Assembly (NCBI GenBank): GCA_050952645.1
Contig: JBMNLI010000017.1
Location: 64,001 to 128,000 of the forward strand
DNA: 64,000 nt
Direction: 5' to 3'
Source of the DNA: Bdellovibrionota bacterium
Lineage (GTDB): Bacteria > Bdellovibrionota_C > UBA2361 > CAKMMH01
Positions 9,911 to 19,025 of this stretch are shown here, piece after piece. Below the pieces are notes generated by a model. The model had not been told where the DNA came from and ran no database searches. It worked only from the letters and a program-made list of their open reading frames with translations. A program made the translations under genes and the position numbers. The stretch's first letter is position 1; every line of letters begins with the position of its first letter.

Positions 9911-10377
9911 CTTACGATTCACGCATTTATACTTAAGAATAAAAAACTTTAGGAAGTTAAAAAATAAATTAACTTAACCTATTTCTAGCCTTATCTTCTA
10001 CCCGATATATATATAAACATTTAAGTATTACACTTAATATTTAGCTAAAAAATTATTTTTTAATTTCTTAACTAAGTACTAAATAATAGCTTTTAAACGA
10101 TTTATAAACAAACTATAATATTGAAATATTATTTATTGTTAGCGAATTGTCAAATTAAACTAGATTCTTAAAATTATAAGAAATGATAAAACTTTTAAAT
10201 TAAGAAAACAAATTATTATAGAAAGAGAGAAGATAAAACTTAAGGCAGGTAGCCACAAACCCTATTCTCTCTCTTTACTTATATCGACTTATACCGTGGC
10301 GCTTACGCTTGGGCAATTAGGCGAAGTCGTACTTGTCCCCGTCTCGTCGTCTAGCGAAGTCGGCAATCGGCAAAGGG

Positions 10378-10611
10378 CTAGACGAAAACACGCACCGCTT
10401 GTTCACTTGCTGCGAGCAAAGCGGCAATCTGAGGATCATCTAAATTATGCCCATGCTTGCCTGGAACCAGAGAACTAAGCGAAACCTCCAATCGGTTAGG
10501 CGGCTCGTCGCAAGGACTGGAAAGCACTTCCAAAATTTTCAAACTATTTTCGTTGCCTTCCAATAATTTTGCCAATTCTGCAGGCGGCAGCTTGTCAACG
10601 TTTGTATCCAT
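10378..10611 (-). CDS. Small orphan protein (cassette unit 1)
   Basis: RBS AGGAG 7 nt before the ATG at 10611. The ORF is GC-richer than its flanks. The ORF track starts it further upstream, at 10722. Confidence 0.5.
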   Translation of the reverse strand: MDTNVDKLPPAELAKLLEGNENSLKILEVLSSPCDEPPNRLEVSLSSLVPGKHGHNLDDPQIAALLAASEQAVRVFV

Positions 10612-10708
10612 ATCGATACTCCTGTCTAATGGGGGGGGGAATTCTTTTGCAAGGCACTTTAGGCACCTTGTAATATTGTTAACTATAGAAAAACTCAAAA
10701 TACAAAAT

Positions 10709-10792
10709 GAGTTCTTCCACAATAAACTTGATAGATTAAAACTTGATAGATTAAAAATAGCGATATCTTACAAGCTTATTGTGGAAGAACCC
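10709..10792 (-). promoter_or_regulatory. Leader hairpin, copy 1
   Basis: Minus-strand stem GGGUUCUUCCACAAUAAGCUUG / CAAGUUUAUUGUGGAAGAACUC. All mismatches are G·U. Confidence 0.65.
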
Positions 10793-11034
10793 TAAATTTT
10801 AAGTTTTTAGTATTAACAAAAGCTTCCCCTCTTTTAAGAACTTTGTCTAAAATAACGACACCCTAAAGACGATATAAGCATGCGAAAGTTTTAAAGTTAA
10901 ACTAAAATCAAACCTTAAAGTAAACCTTTAAAAAGTTTTATCTTCTACTTAAGTATATAATCTTGTAAAGAATTAAATATACTTCAGTTTTTTTATTTAA
11001 AAAAGAGAAAAACTTCTAACATCTTTAAATTAAA

Positions 11035-11244
11035 CTTAAACTTTCCCTTCTTTTACGTATAAAATTTAATTTTAACTTTATAACCTACCCAAAATAATTT
11101 AAAAAAGCTAAGAAACACTCACATAAATTATCAAAAATAGCATACGTAAATACGTATGCACAAAGAAACAACAAATAACAAGTCTTTAAGCTCAAGTTTT
11201 AGCTCTTAAAAACATAGTATACGTAAAACAAGGGAAAATTTAGG
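11035..11244 (+). mobile_element. MITE (repeat B), deletion derivative of the IS1634-like element at 54556-55363
   Basis: Terminal inverted repeats AAACTTTCCCTTCTTTTACGTAT / ATACGTAAAACAAGGGAAAATTT. A near full-length homologue lies at 38699-38900. Confidence 0.85.
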
Positions 11245-11290
11245 TAAAAAAATAGAAAAAGAAAAGAAAAGATTAAAGAAAAGAAATAAG

Positions 11291-11374
11291 AAAAAAATGG
11301 GAAAGAAGATAAGGCAAGGGAGATAACAATATCTCTAAATAAAAAACCTTCTCTTTGCTCTTCCCCATTTTTTT
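11291..11374 (-). terminator. Long-loop terminator-like hairpin after unit 2
   Basis: Minus-strand arms AAAAAAAUGGGGAAGA / UCUUUCCCAUUUUUUU, ending in a U-tract. Confidence 0.55.
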
Positions 11375-11413
11375 ATTTTGACACCCTCTACCTTAAGTGA
11401 TGACTCTTAAGAG

Positions 11414-11596
11414 TTATTCGTCGTCGTCGTCGTCTTTGTCGCCATAAAAATCAGATCTCCAATCTTCTACGCTAGGGTATTTGTCATCAGACACATCGAC
11501 GCCATATAAAGTTGATGGGGGACATAAAGTTGATTTGCTCGTTAGATTTCTCCTAATGTCGTTGTTGTTGTTTTTTAAGCCACTAACAAATAACAA
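11414..11596 (-). CDS. Small acidic orphan peptide (cassette unit 2), start uncertain
   Basis: The ORF track uses a TTG start. The best RBS (AGGAGA) precedes an in-frame ACG at 11542. The peptide ends DKDDDDDE. Confidence 0.35.
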   Translation of the reverse strand: MLFVSGLKNNNNDIRRNLTSKSTLCPPSTLYGVDVSDDKYPSVEDWRSDFYGDKDDDDDE

Positions 11597-11639
11597 AAGT
11601 TAGCTACGATAAATGTTCTTTTCTAGCTAGGCTAGAGTT

Positions 11640-11697
11640 AAAAGAAACATTCTTAGTAAACTCTAATATTTTAAAGCTTACTTAGAATGCTTCTTTT
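11640..11697 (-). promoter_or_regulatory. Leader hairpin, copy 2, preceded by a TTGCAT..TTTAAT promoter-like motif
   Basis: 26-bp stem AAAAGAAGCAUUCUAAGUAAGCUUUA / UAGAGUUUACUAAGAAUGUUUCUUUU with 3 G·U pairs and 1 mismatch. Confidence 0.65.
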
Positions 11698-11972
11698 TTT
11701 ATTAAAAACATATAGTTTAAAAAATGCAAACTTTTAAAAGGAAAAACACTAGAAATAAAAGTAATGAAGCTATGAGCAAAGTAAATTTTAAAAAAAATTT
11801 TTACTCAAATGTTTTTTTTAAGGAAACTATATTTTTCGTAGGCTATAAAATCGTAAAATAAAATTTAAGCAATCTTAAAAACATAAATATCAAAAATGAT
11901 AATCAAAGACGATTAAAAAAGACGATTAAGGACGATTAAGTAAGAGAAATATTAAATAGAAAAAATATATTT

Positions 11973-12043
11973 AAAAAAACGGGAGAAGCACTAAGCATTT
12001 TTGCACGAGTGGCATATAACCTTTTTACTTCTCCCATTTTTTT
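11973..12043 (-). terminator. Long-loop terminator-like hairpin after unit 3
   Basis: Minus-strand arms AAAAAAAUGGGAGAAGUA / UGCUUCUCCCGUUUUUUU. Both mismatches are G·U. Confidence 0.6.
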
Positions 12044-12107
12044 TTATTCTTCTAGAGCAACTTTATTTAATTCATTATTTACCTGTCTTGCCACAGAACT
12101 ATAAAAC

Positions 12108-12518
12108 TCACAATCTCCCGTTCGTGCTCCTGTTCGTGTCAAAATGGTATAACGCATCCGCCAGCTTCGCAAGTCTCCTCAAGAACAACGGATTGCCGTA
12201 GGCGACAAGGGAAACTTTGCCAGCATCACCTTCTGCAGCTTGAATAGATGCACCTGCATCACTGCCGTTTTTAGAAATTTCGCCTGCTTTGGTTTCAGAA
12301 ACGTTACTAAGCAAATCTGAATCAGGGAATTCTTCAGGGAATTGTTTAGGGAATTCTTCAGGGGGTTCATTAGTGTTTTCATTAGAACCCACATTTGGCT
12401 CGTTTGCAACATTTGGAACGCTAGTAGTATAGTCGCTAATTGAAACACTCTCGCTACTACGCATACTGTCGAAATGTTTAGCAAAGAAAGCGAAGATTTT
12501 ACTAATTAGCTTTTTCAT
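12108..12518 (-). CDS. Small orphan protein (cassette unit 3)
   Basis: Strong RBS AAAGGAG before the ATG. 136 aa, probably disordered, with EEFP repeats. Confidence 0.65.
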   Translation of the reverse strand: MKKLISKIFAFFAKHFDSMRSSESVSISDYTTSVPNVANEPNVGSNENTNEPPEEFPKQFPEEFPDSDLLSNVSETKAGEISKNGSDAGASIQAAEGDAGKVSLVAYGNPLFLRRLAKLADALYHFDTNRSTNGRL

Positions 12519-12582
12519 GAAATTCTCCTTTTGTTCTAGGAATTCTTTTTTAAATTTTCATACAAATTATTGAATTTGTATA

Positions 12583-12643
12583 AAAGGAAACATCTTAAAA
12601 TAAACTTTATGCATTTAAAAGCTTATTTTAAGATGCTTCCTTT
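12583..12643 (-). promoter_or_regulatory. Leader hairpin, copy 3
   Basis: 26-bp stem AAAGGAAGCAUCUUAAAAUAAGCUUU / AAAGUUUAUUUUAAGAUGUUUCCUUU with 2 G·U pairs. Confidence 0.7.
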
Positions 12644-12944
12644 CGTTAGTTTTTCATAAAAATACAAGACTTTGAAAATGCAAACTTAAAAAAAAATTAG
12701 CAAGAATATCTAAGAAAAATCTGCGTCTTAATTTTAAGGAATAAAAAATTTAGGAAATTTAAGTAAAAAAAAATTACCTTAACCTAATTTATTAAGCCTA
12801 GTCTTCTACCCTGATACAAATTAGAGTGAAAAAGGAGAAATTAAACGACTCTCCCCTCTTCAAACTAATTTATATATCTGTAATTAAACGAATAATGCTT
12901 CAATAACTTTATTAAAAAATCTTTAACTTACTCTAAATTAAAGC

Positions 12945-13072
12945 TTTCACAAATATAAATTACTTTTAATATAGCTATGAACGTAAAAAAAAATCTTTCA
13001 CTAGTTCTTCGCTAAAGTCAATTTTCTTTTAAGCGAACTAAAAAAATTTCTTACCGCCTTAAAACGCCCAAA
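12945..13072 (-). repeat. Degenerate repeat-A copy (reverse orientation) just downstream of rarA
   Basis: 'CTAAAGTCAATTTTCTTTTAAGCGAAC..CTTACCGCCTTAAAACG' matches the reverse copy at 61160-61220. Confidence 0.7.
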
Positions 13073-13083
13073 AGATAAACTCT

Positions 13084-14331
13084 TTAATCCTCATTAAGCC
13101 AAGACATTCTTTCCTTTATCACTTTCTCATACCCCCTACTAGATGGCTTATAAAACTCTTCTCCCTTTAATCTCTCTGGTAAATATTGCTCGTTTGGCAC
13201 GTAAGCTTTCGGGAAATCATGCGGATATTTATAGTCTTTCGCATACCCTAAATCTTGCATAAGCTTCGTTGGAGCATTTATCAAATGAAGTGGCACCTTT
13301 TCATTTGGATATTTCTTAACCATCTCTAATGCCCGCCCCATCGCTAAATAACTCCTATTAGATTTAGGAGCAGTAGCTAAATAAGTAATACATTGAGAAA
13401 TAGGAATACGCCCTTCTGGCATACCAACCTTTTCAAACGCATGAAGCACTGAAACCGCTAACTCTAACGCCCTAGGGTCTGCATTGCCGATATCCTCCGA
13501 TGCAAAAAGTATCATACGCCTAATTAAAAACCTAGGGTCTTCACCAGATTCTAAAATTCTAAATCCCCAATATAACCCCCCCGATGGCGAAGAACCTCTT
13601 AGACTTTTTATAAACGCAGAAATTAAATTATAATGCTCATCGCCCTGCTTATCATAAATAAAAGATATCGCATTCTTTAAAAACCTTTTTACATCTTCTA
13701 AAGAAGAACCCTTAGTTTTACTAAAAGCTTCTACTAAATTTAAAAGCTTTCTAGCATCCCCTAACGATGCATCTGCAAATAGACTTTTAGCTTCATCGCA
13801 AAGCTTAATTCCTAAATAATTTAAAGCATTATCTAAAACCTCAATCAAACTCGCCTTAGATAGACTTTCAAGCTTTAATACCCTTACCCTAGAAAGCAAA
13901 GCAGAGTTAACTGAAAATGATGGATTCTCAGTAGTAGCCCCTATTAAAATTATAGTCCCATCTTCTACATGCGGTAAAAGTGCATCTTGCTGAGCCTTGT
14001 TAAACCTGTGTATCTCATCTATAAAAAGCACAGTCGTGCCATTGTAGCTTTTAGCCCTGTCTACTATCTCCCTAATATCCTTTACCCCACCTAATACCGC
14101 AGAAAATGAGACGAAAGAGCAATTAAAAGTACTCCCTATAAGACGGGCAAGAGTAGTTTTCCCACACCCTGGAGGTCCCCATAAAATAAGAGACGGAAGC
14201 ACCCCTTGCCCTTTCTTTAACATTTCTAAAAATAAAGGATCGATACTCTCTAACCCCTTTATATTCTCCCACGCATTCGGACGTAAAATATCGGCTAACG
14301 GCCTAGTTTTATTATTTAAAAAATTTGACAT
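13084..14331 (-). CDS. rarA: Replication-associated recombination protein A (AAA+ MgsA/RarA)
   Basis: WGPPGCGKTT, FIDEIHRFNKAQQD, GATTENPSF, HY.LISAFIKSLRGS and SEDIGNADP motifs. Confidence 0.95.
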   Translation of the reverse strand: MSNFLNNKTRPLADILRPNAWENIKGLESIDPLFLEMLKKGQGVLPSLILWGPPGCGKTTLARLIGSTFNCSFVSFSAVLGGVKDIREIVDRAKSYNGTTVLFIDEIHRFNKAQQDALLPHVEDGTIILIGATTENPSFSVNSALLSRVRVLKLESLSKASLIEVLDNALNYLGIKLCDEAKSLFADASLGDARKLLNLVEAFSKTKGSSLEDVKRFLKNAISFIYDKQGDEHYNLISAFIKSLRGSSPSGGLYWGFRILESGEDPRFLIRRMILFASEDIGNADPRALELAVSVLHAFEKVGMPEGRIPISQCITYLATAPKSNRSYLAMGRALEMVKKYPNEKVPLHLINAPTKLMQDLGYAKDYKYPHDFPKAYVPNEQYLPERLKGEEFYKPSSRGYEKVIKERMSWLNED

Positions 14332-14679
14332 ATTTTATTCACCTTTCTTTACTAGTCTCTTCTTTACTAGTTATTTCTTTACTAGTTTTTTTCACTAGTT
14401 TTTTCCCTACTTAACTTTTTAAAAAAATTATTTTTCTTTACAAGTTTTTTCCTTACTAGCTTCTTCTTTACTAATTTCTTAACTTTTACATTTATTTCTT
14501 TTACATTCTTTTTTACTCGTCTCTTATTTATTCGCTAATTACTCGCTAATTAAATTTTAGCTTTTTACATTTCTAATAAAACCTAATAACACATGCTAAT
14601 AACACTTAAGTAGAAAACCTAAAAAGAAAATTTTTTTAACCCCCTAGAAAATAGACTTAAAGAACAAAAGCTTTCTCTC

Positions 14680-16125
14680 TTAACTTCCTAAAAAAACATA
14701 CGAAAACAAAAATCCTTTTCTAAACTGCTCTATACTAAAAGACTCATTGTCTGCATGAATATTATCCTCATCTAACCCAAACCCTACGAGAATTGGTGCA
14801 TTTTTAACGTATTTAGCAAACTTTGCAATAATAGGAATAGAACCCCCCTCATACCAATACTTAACATCTTCACATAAAACATTTAAAACCTCTAAGGCTT
14901 TTTGTATTCCATCACTCTTAGTAGACATCACAAATGAAGACGCCCCACTGCCCTCTCCAATAATTTCTAGTTTTAATCCCGATTTATTATGCTTTTCAAG
15001 ATGTTCTTTTACCTTTAAAAATACGTCTCTAGGGTCTTGCTCCCCTACTAGCCTACAAGATATTTTAGCCTTTGCAAATGGGGGTATCGAGTTCGTAATA
15101 TCCTTTTCATTGCTAGCGCCAGCCTGTAAATATAGTATATCGAGCGTCGGTCTAAGCCCCGAGCGAACATTAGCGTTCGTTATATAAGTCTCGCCCCCTG
15201 TCGGATATACTCCCGTAATTTCAAAACACTTCTTGTTATCAAACTTAGAAATTTTATCGTAAGGAATGTCTTTTAAGTCTAATACTCCATCATAAAAACC
15301 ATCTACCGCCACACGCCCGTCTTCTAAGTGTAAAGTCCCTATAAGTCTGCATAACTCCACTGCAGGATTTTTTAAAACTCCGCCAAAAGTTCCAGAATGG
15401 AAGCCAGAGTTAGCACCCATTAGCTTTACGTCCATAGACATTATTCCTCGAAGCCCTACTACTATGCCACCAATTTTTTCACTCACTGCTCCAGTATCGC
15501 AAGCTAATAAATAATCGCTCTTTAAATCATCTTTAATGCTCTCTAAAACATTAGCAGTATTTTCGCTCCCACACTCTTCTTCACCATCTATAAAAATTTT
15601 CACATTATAATTCAATTTCCCTTCTTTAATTAAACTTTCTAATGCACAAAGAACGTAGCAAAGCTGCCCCTTGTTGTCTTGAGCTCCCCTAGCATACATT
15701 CTTCCATCGATAATTATAGGCTCAAATGGCTCCGTAAGCCAACTACTCTCTATTACAGGTTGCACATCGTAGTGGCCATAAATTAAAATCGTAGGTTTCT
15801 CTTTAGAAACTACACGCTCGCCAAACACTGAAAAATTACCTCTAGTTTCTATAAGTTTGCTTTTAAAGCCCATTTTTATAAGGTAATCGCTAAACTTATT
15901 AGCACAAGCGTCGCACTCAGCCCTATAAGAAGCATCTAAACTTATACTAGGAATTTTTAAAAAATCACTTAATACATTTAAAAAGGAATATTGATTATCC
16001 TTAAAAATTTCATCCGCTTTGCTAAAAAGTTTTTTAAGAATAATTTCATCTATTATTTTACTAGTTATATTATTTGTGGTTTTATTTATCGTCTTATTTA
16101 TCGTCTCCATATTCCCTAACTCCAT
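14680..16125 (-). CDS. M20 family dipeptidase/metallo-hydrolase
   Basis: YGHYDVQP, ARGAQDNKGQ, GEEECGS, HSG.FGG, GGSIP and NIH..NE motifs. Confidence 0.9.
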   Translation of the reverse strand: MELGNMETINKTINKTTNNITSKIIDEIILKKLFSKADEIFKDNQYSFLNVLSDFLKIPSISLDASYRAECDACANKFSDYLIKMGFKSKLIETRGNFSVFGERVVSKEKPTILIYGHYDVQPVIESSWLTEPFEPIIIDGRMYARGAQDNKGQLCYVLCALESLIKEGKLNYNVKIFIDGEEECGSENTANVLESIKDDLKSDYLLACDTGAVSEKIGGIVVGLRGIMSMDVKLMGANSGFHSGTFGGVLKNPAVELCRLIGTLHLEDGRVAVDGFYDGVLDLKDIPYDKISKFDNKKCFEITGVYPTGGETYITNANVRSGLRPTLDILYLQAGASNEKDITNSIPPFAKAKISCRLVGEQDPRDVFLKVKEHLEKHNKSGLKLEIIGEGSGASSFVMSTKSDGIQKALEVLNVLCEDVKYWYEGGSIPIIAKFAKYVKNAPILVGFGLDEDNIHADNESFSIEQFRKGFLFSYVFLGS

Positions 16126-16268
16126 ATTTAAAAACTCGCAAAAGAAAGCAAAGCTCTATTTTTTTTATATTTTTAACATTTTATATATCTTACTTGTTGT
16201 CGAAATAAAGTTAAAGATGTAATATAATTGTATTGTATGTTTTAATAAGTTTTAGGAGCATTTAGAAG

Positions 16269-16799
16269 ATGAAAAAATTTTTGTGTATAGCATTATCATT
16301 AGTATTAAGTTTTAATTTAAGCGGTTGTTCCCTATTCGGTTCAAGTTCAGGCTCAGATGATGGCATGAACGGAAATAGAATCGACTCCATTTCAGAACAA
16401 GAGCTTAATAGTAAATTTGCAAACCGCTTTGGTGATGGCTCAGTTCCATCTGCCGAGGGGAATGATCTTTTTAGAGACTTAAGATTTGGCTACGATTCCT
16501 CTAAAATTTCAGACGCATCTAGACAAGATTTAGATTACAATATCGAAATTTTAAAAAGCAATCCAAATATTTACGTTCAACTAGAGGGACATTGCGACGA
16601 AAGAGGAACTGCTGAATATAATATGGCTTTAGGAGAAAAAAGAGCAAACTCAGTATATGAAGCATTAGTTATGTACGGCATAGCACCAAATAGATTAACT
16701 ACTATTAGCTACGGAGAAGAGGTTCCTTTAGATAATGGTCAAACTGAAGAAGCGTATGCAAAAAATAGAAGAGTTCACTTTTCTGCATATACTAAATAA
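16269..16799 (+). CDS. pal: Peptidoglycan-associated lipoprotein (OmpA-like)
   Basis: Lipobox LSGC, EGHCDERGTAEYNMALGEKRA, SYGEE.P and NRRV motifs. Confidence 0.92.
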   Translation: MKKFLCIALSLVLSFNLSGCSLFGSSSGSDDGMNGNRIDSISEQELNSKFANRFGDGSVPSAEGNDLFRDLRFGYDSSKISDASRQDLDYNIEILKSNPNIYVQLEGHCDERGTAEYNMALGEKRANSVYEALVMYGIAPNRLTTISYGEEVPLDNGQTEEAYAKNRRVHFSAYTK

Positions 16800-17013
16800 A
16801 AATAATTAAAATAAATAATTAAATAAATCTAAGCAGACAATAATTTTTAAAAAAATAATTTTAAAAAATTTAAATTTCTAAAACTAGAGTTTAATGAGTT
16901 GTCTGCTTTTTGATTTATAATTCATAGATTTATAATTACTAATTTATAATTAGTTATAGTTAATTATTTTGCTCGTTTGACTAAAGTTATTTTAGTGCTT
17001 ATTATCATCACTT

Positions 17014-19002
17014 ATGTTTAAAAATAAGAAAAATAAAACCAAAAATATAAAAAACATAATTATTAAAAACGAAAATATTAACGACACTAGTATCAAAACT
17101 AGATTACTAGACGAAGTAGATTACCCAAAAGACATTAAAAATTTTAGCATTCTTAAATTAACTAAATTAGCTTCAGAATTAAGAAGAGAGCTTATAGATA
17201 AAATATCTCTCTGTGGCGGACATTTCGCATCAAGCCTAGGAGCTACCGAACTTACGGTAGCCTTACACCACTTCTACGACACTCCACACGATAAACTTAT
17301 TTGGGATGTAGGTCATCAAGGTTATATCCATAAACTACTTACAGGAAGAAAAAATGATATCGGAAACATAAGAAAAAAAGGACATATTAGTGGCTTTTTA
17401 AAACGAGAAGAAAGCCCGTTCGATACCTTTGCTAGCGGACACGCTGGAAATAGCATTTCAGCTGGAGTTGGAATAGCCGAAGCATTTAAAAAAAATAATA
17501 ACCCACATACCGTTATTTCTATAATCGGCGATGCTTCGATTTCTTCTGGAATGTCATTCGAGGCGTTAAATAACGCTGGGGCATTGAAACTAGATAATTT
17601 TATCGTAATATTAAACGATAACGAAATGTCTATCTCAGAAAATGTTGGCGCTATAAAATGGATACTTAACAAAGGAAGCGTATCTAATATCCCTACAAAG
17701 TTAAGAACGAGAATAAAAAGATTACACACTAAAGGCATACTACCAACGTTTATTTATAAAATTTTTGCTAGATTAGAACTCGCCTTTAAAGGCATTATCT
17801 CCACACCTGCTATGCTTTTTGAAAGCTTTGGATTTAGATATATAGGTCCTGTAGATGGACATAATATAGAAAAACTTCTTAACGCTTTTACGATGGCAAA
17901 AAATCAAGACTCACCAGTTCTCCTCCACGTAAAAACCATAAAAGGTAAAGGCTTTAAAGAGGCAGAAGAAAACCCTACCGCTTGGCATGCTTGCAATCCA
18001 TTTTACCCAGCAAATGGAAAGGCTAGAAATATAAAGGATAAACTTACGCCAACGTATACAGAGGTTTTTGCTCATACCGTAAAAAATCTTATAAAAAATG
18101 ACAAAAATATTATCGCCATAACCGCCGCAATGCTAACTGGAACGGGGCTAAATAACGTTAAAAATAAATACCCAGAGAACGTATACGATGTCGGTATTGC
18201 AGAAGAACACGCAGTAACTTTTGCAGGAGGTCTCGCAACTGAAGGAAAAAAACCCATTGTAGCCATCTACTCAACATTTATGCAACGTGCATTCGACCAA
18301 ATTTTACACGACATAGCACTCCAAAATTTACCAGTAGTATTTGCACTAGATAGAGCTGGCGTAGTAGGAGCAGATGGAGAAACTCACCAGGGAGCATTCG
18401 ATGTTTCATACTTAAGATTTATTCCTAATATGGTTTTAATAGCTCCAAAAGACGGAAATGAGCTTCAAGATATGGTATATTCCGCTACTAAGTATAATAA
18501 ACCCGTGGCTATAAGGTATAAGCGAGGAGAAGCAGAAAATACAAAATTAAGCGAAAACTTTAACAATATTCCTTTAGGCAAGGCTGAAATTTTACAGAGA
18601 GGAGAAAAAGTTCTAATCATTTTTTATGGTCAAGTTTATGATTTAGTAAAAGCAGCAAGCTTGCGTCTATACAATGAAACTAACGTATATCCTACCATTG
18701 TAAATGCAAGGTTTGCTAAACCACTAGATGAAAAGTTGCTAATTAGCGAAATGAAAAAACACGATATAATATGCACAGTAGAAGATCAAAGCTTAATAGG
18801 AGGCTTTGGAAGCGCCGTAGTGGAGCTAGCATCTGATAATAATTTAAATATCTCTATAAAAAGGTTCGGGATTAAAGATCTGTTCGTTCCTCACGGAACT
18901 CAAAAAGAACAATACGATTTTTGCGGATTTTCCGAAGATCATATATACAATTACTTACAAAGCAAGGTAAGAAACTTTGTTTTATATAAGAAAGCTAATT
19001 AA
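17014..19002 (+). CDS. dxs: 1-deoxy-D-xylulose-5-phosphate synthase
   Basis: GGHFASSLG, WDVGHQ, NDNEMSIS, YIGPVDGH, DVGIAEEHAV and DRAG.VGADGETHQG motifs. Confidence 0.97.
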   Translation: MFKNKKNKTKNIKNIIIKNENINDTSIKTRLLDEVDYPKDIKNFSILKLTKLASELRRELIDKISLCGGHFASSLGATELTVALHHFYDTPHDKLIWDVGHQGYIHKLLTGRKNDIGNIRKKGHISGFLKREESPFDTFASGHAGNSISAGVGIAEAFKKNNNPHTVISIIGDASISSGMSFEALNNAGALKLDNFIVILNDNEMSISENVGAIKWILNKGSVSNIPTKLRTRIKRLHTKGILPTFIYKIFARLELAFKGIISTPAMLFESFGFRYIGPVDGHNIEKLLNAFTMAKNQDSPVLLHVKTIKGKGFKEAEENPTAWHACNPFYPANGKARNIKDKLTPTYTEVFAHTVKNLIKNDKNIIAITAAMLTGTGLNNVKNKYPENVYDVGIAEEHAVTFAGGLATEGKKPIVAIYSTFMQRAFDQILHDIALQNLPVVFALDRAGVVGADGETHQGAFDVSYLRFIPNMVLIAPKDGNELQDMVYSATKYNKPVAIRYKRGEAENTKLSENFNNIPLGKAEILQRGEKVLIIFYGQVYDLVKAASLRLYNETNVYPTIVNARFAKPLDEKLLISEMKKHDIICTVEDQSLIGGFGSAVVELASDNNLNISIKRFGIKDLFVPHGTQKEQYDFCGFSEDHIYNYLQSKVRNFVLYKKAN

Positions 19003-19025
19003 CATTAGCGTACACAAAGAAATAA

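Noticed and set aside
10296..10795. + strand ORFs 10296-10478 and 10457-10795
   Set aside because: They lack an RBS. The RBS, leader hairpin wobble pairs and terminators all point to the minus strand.
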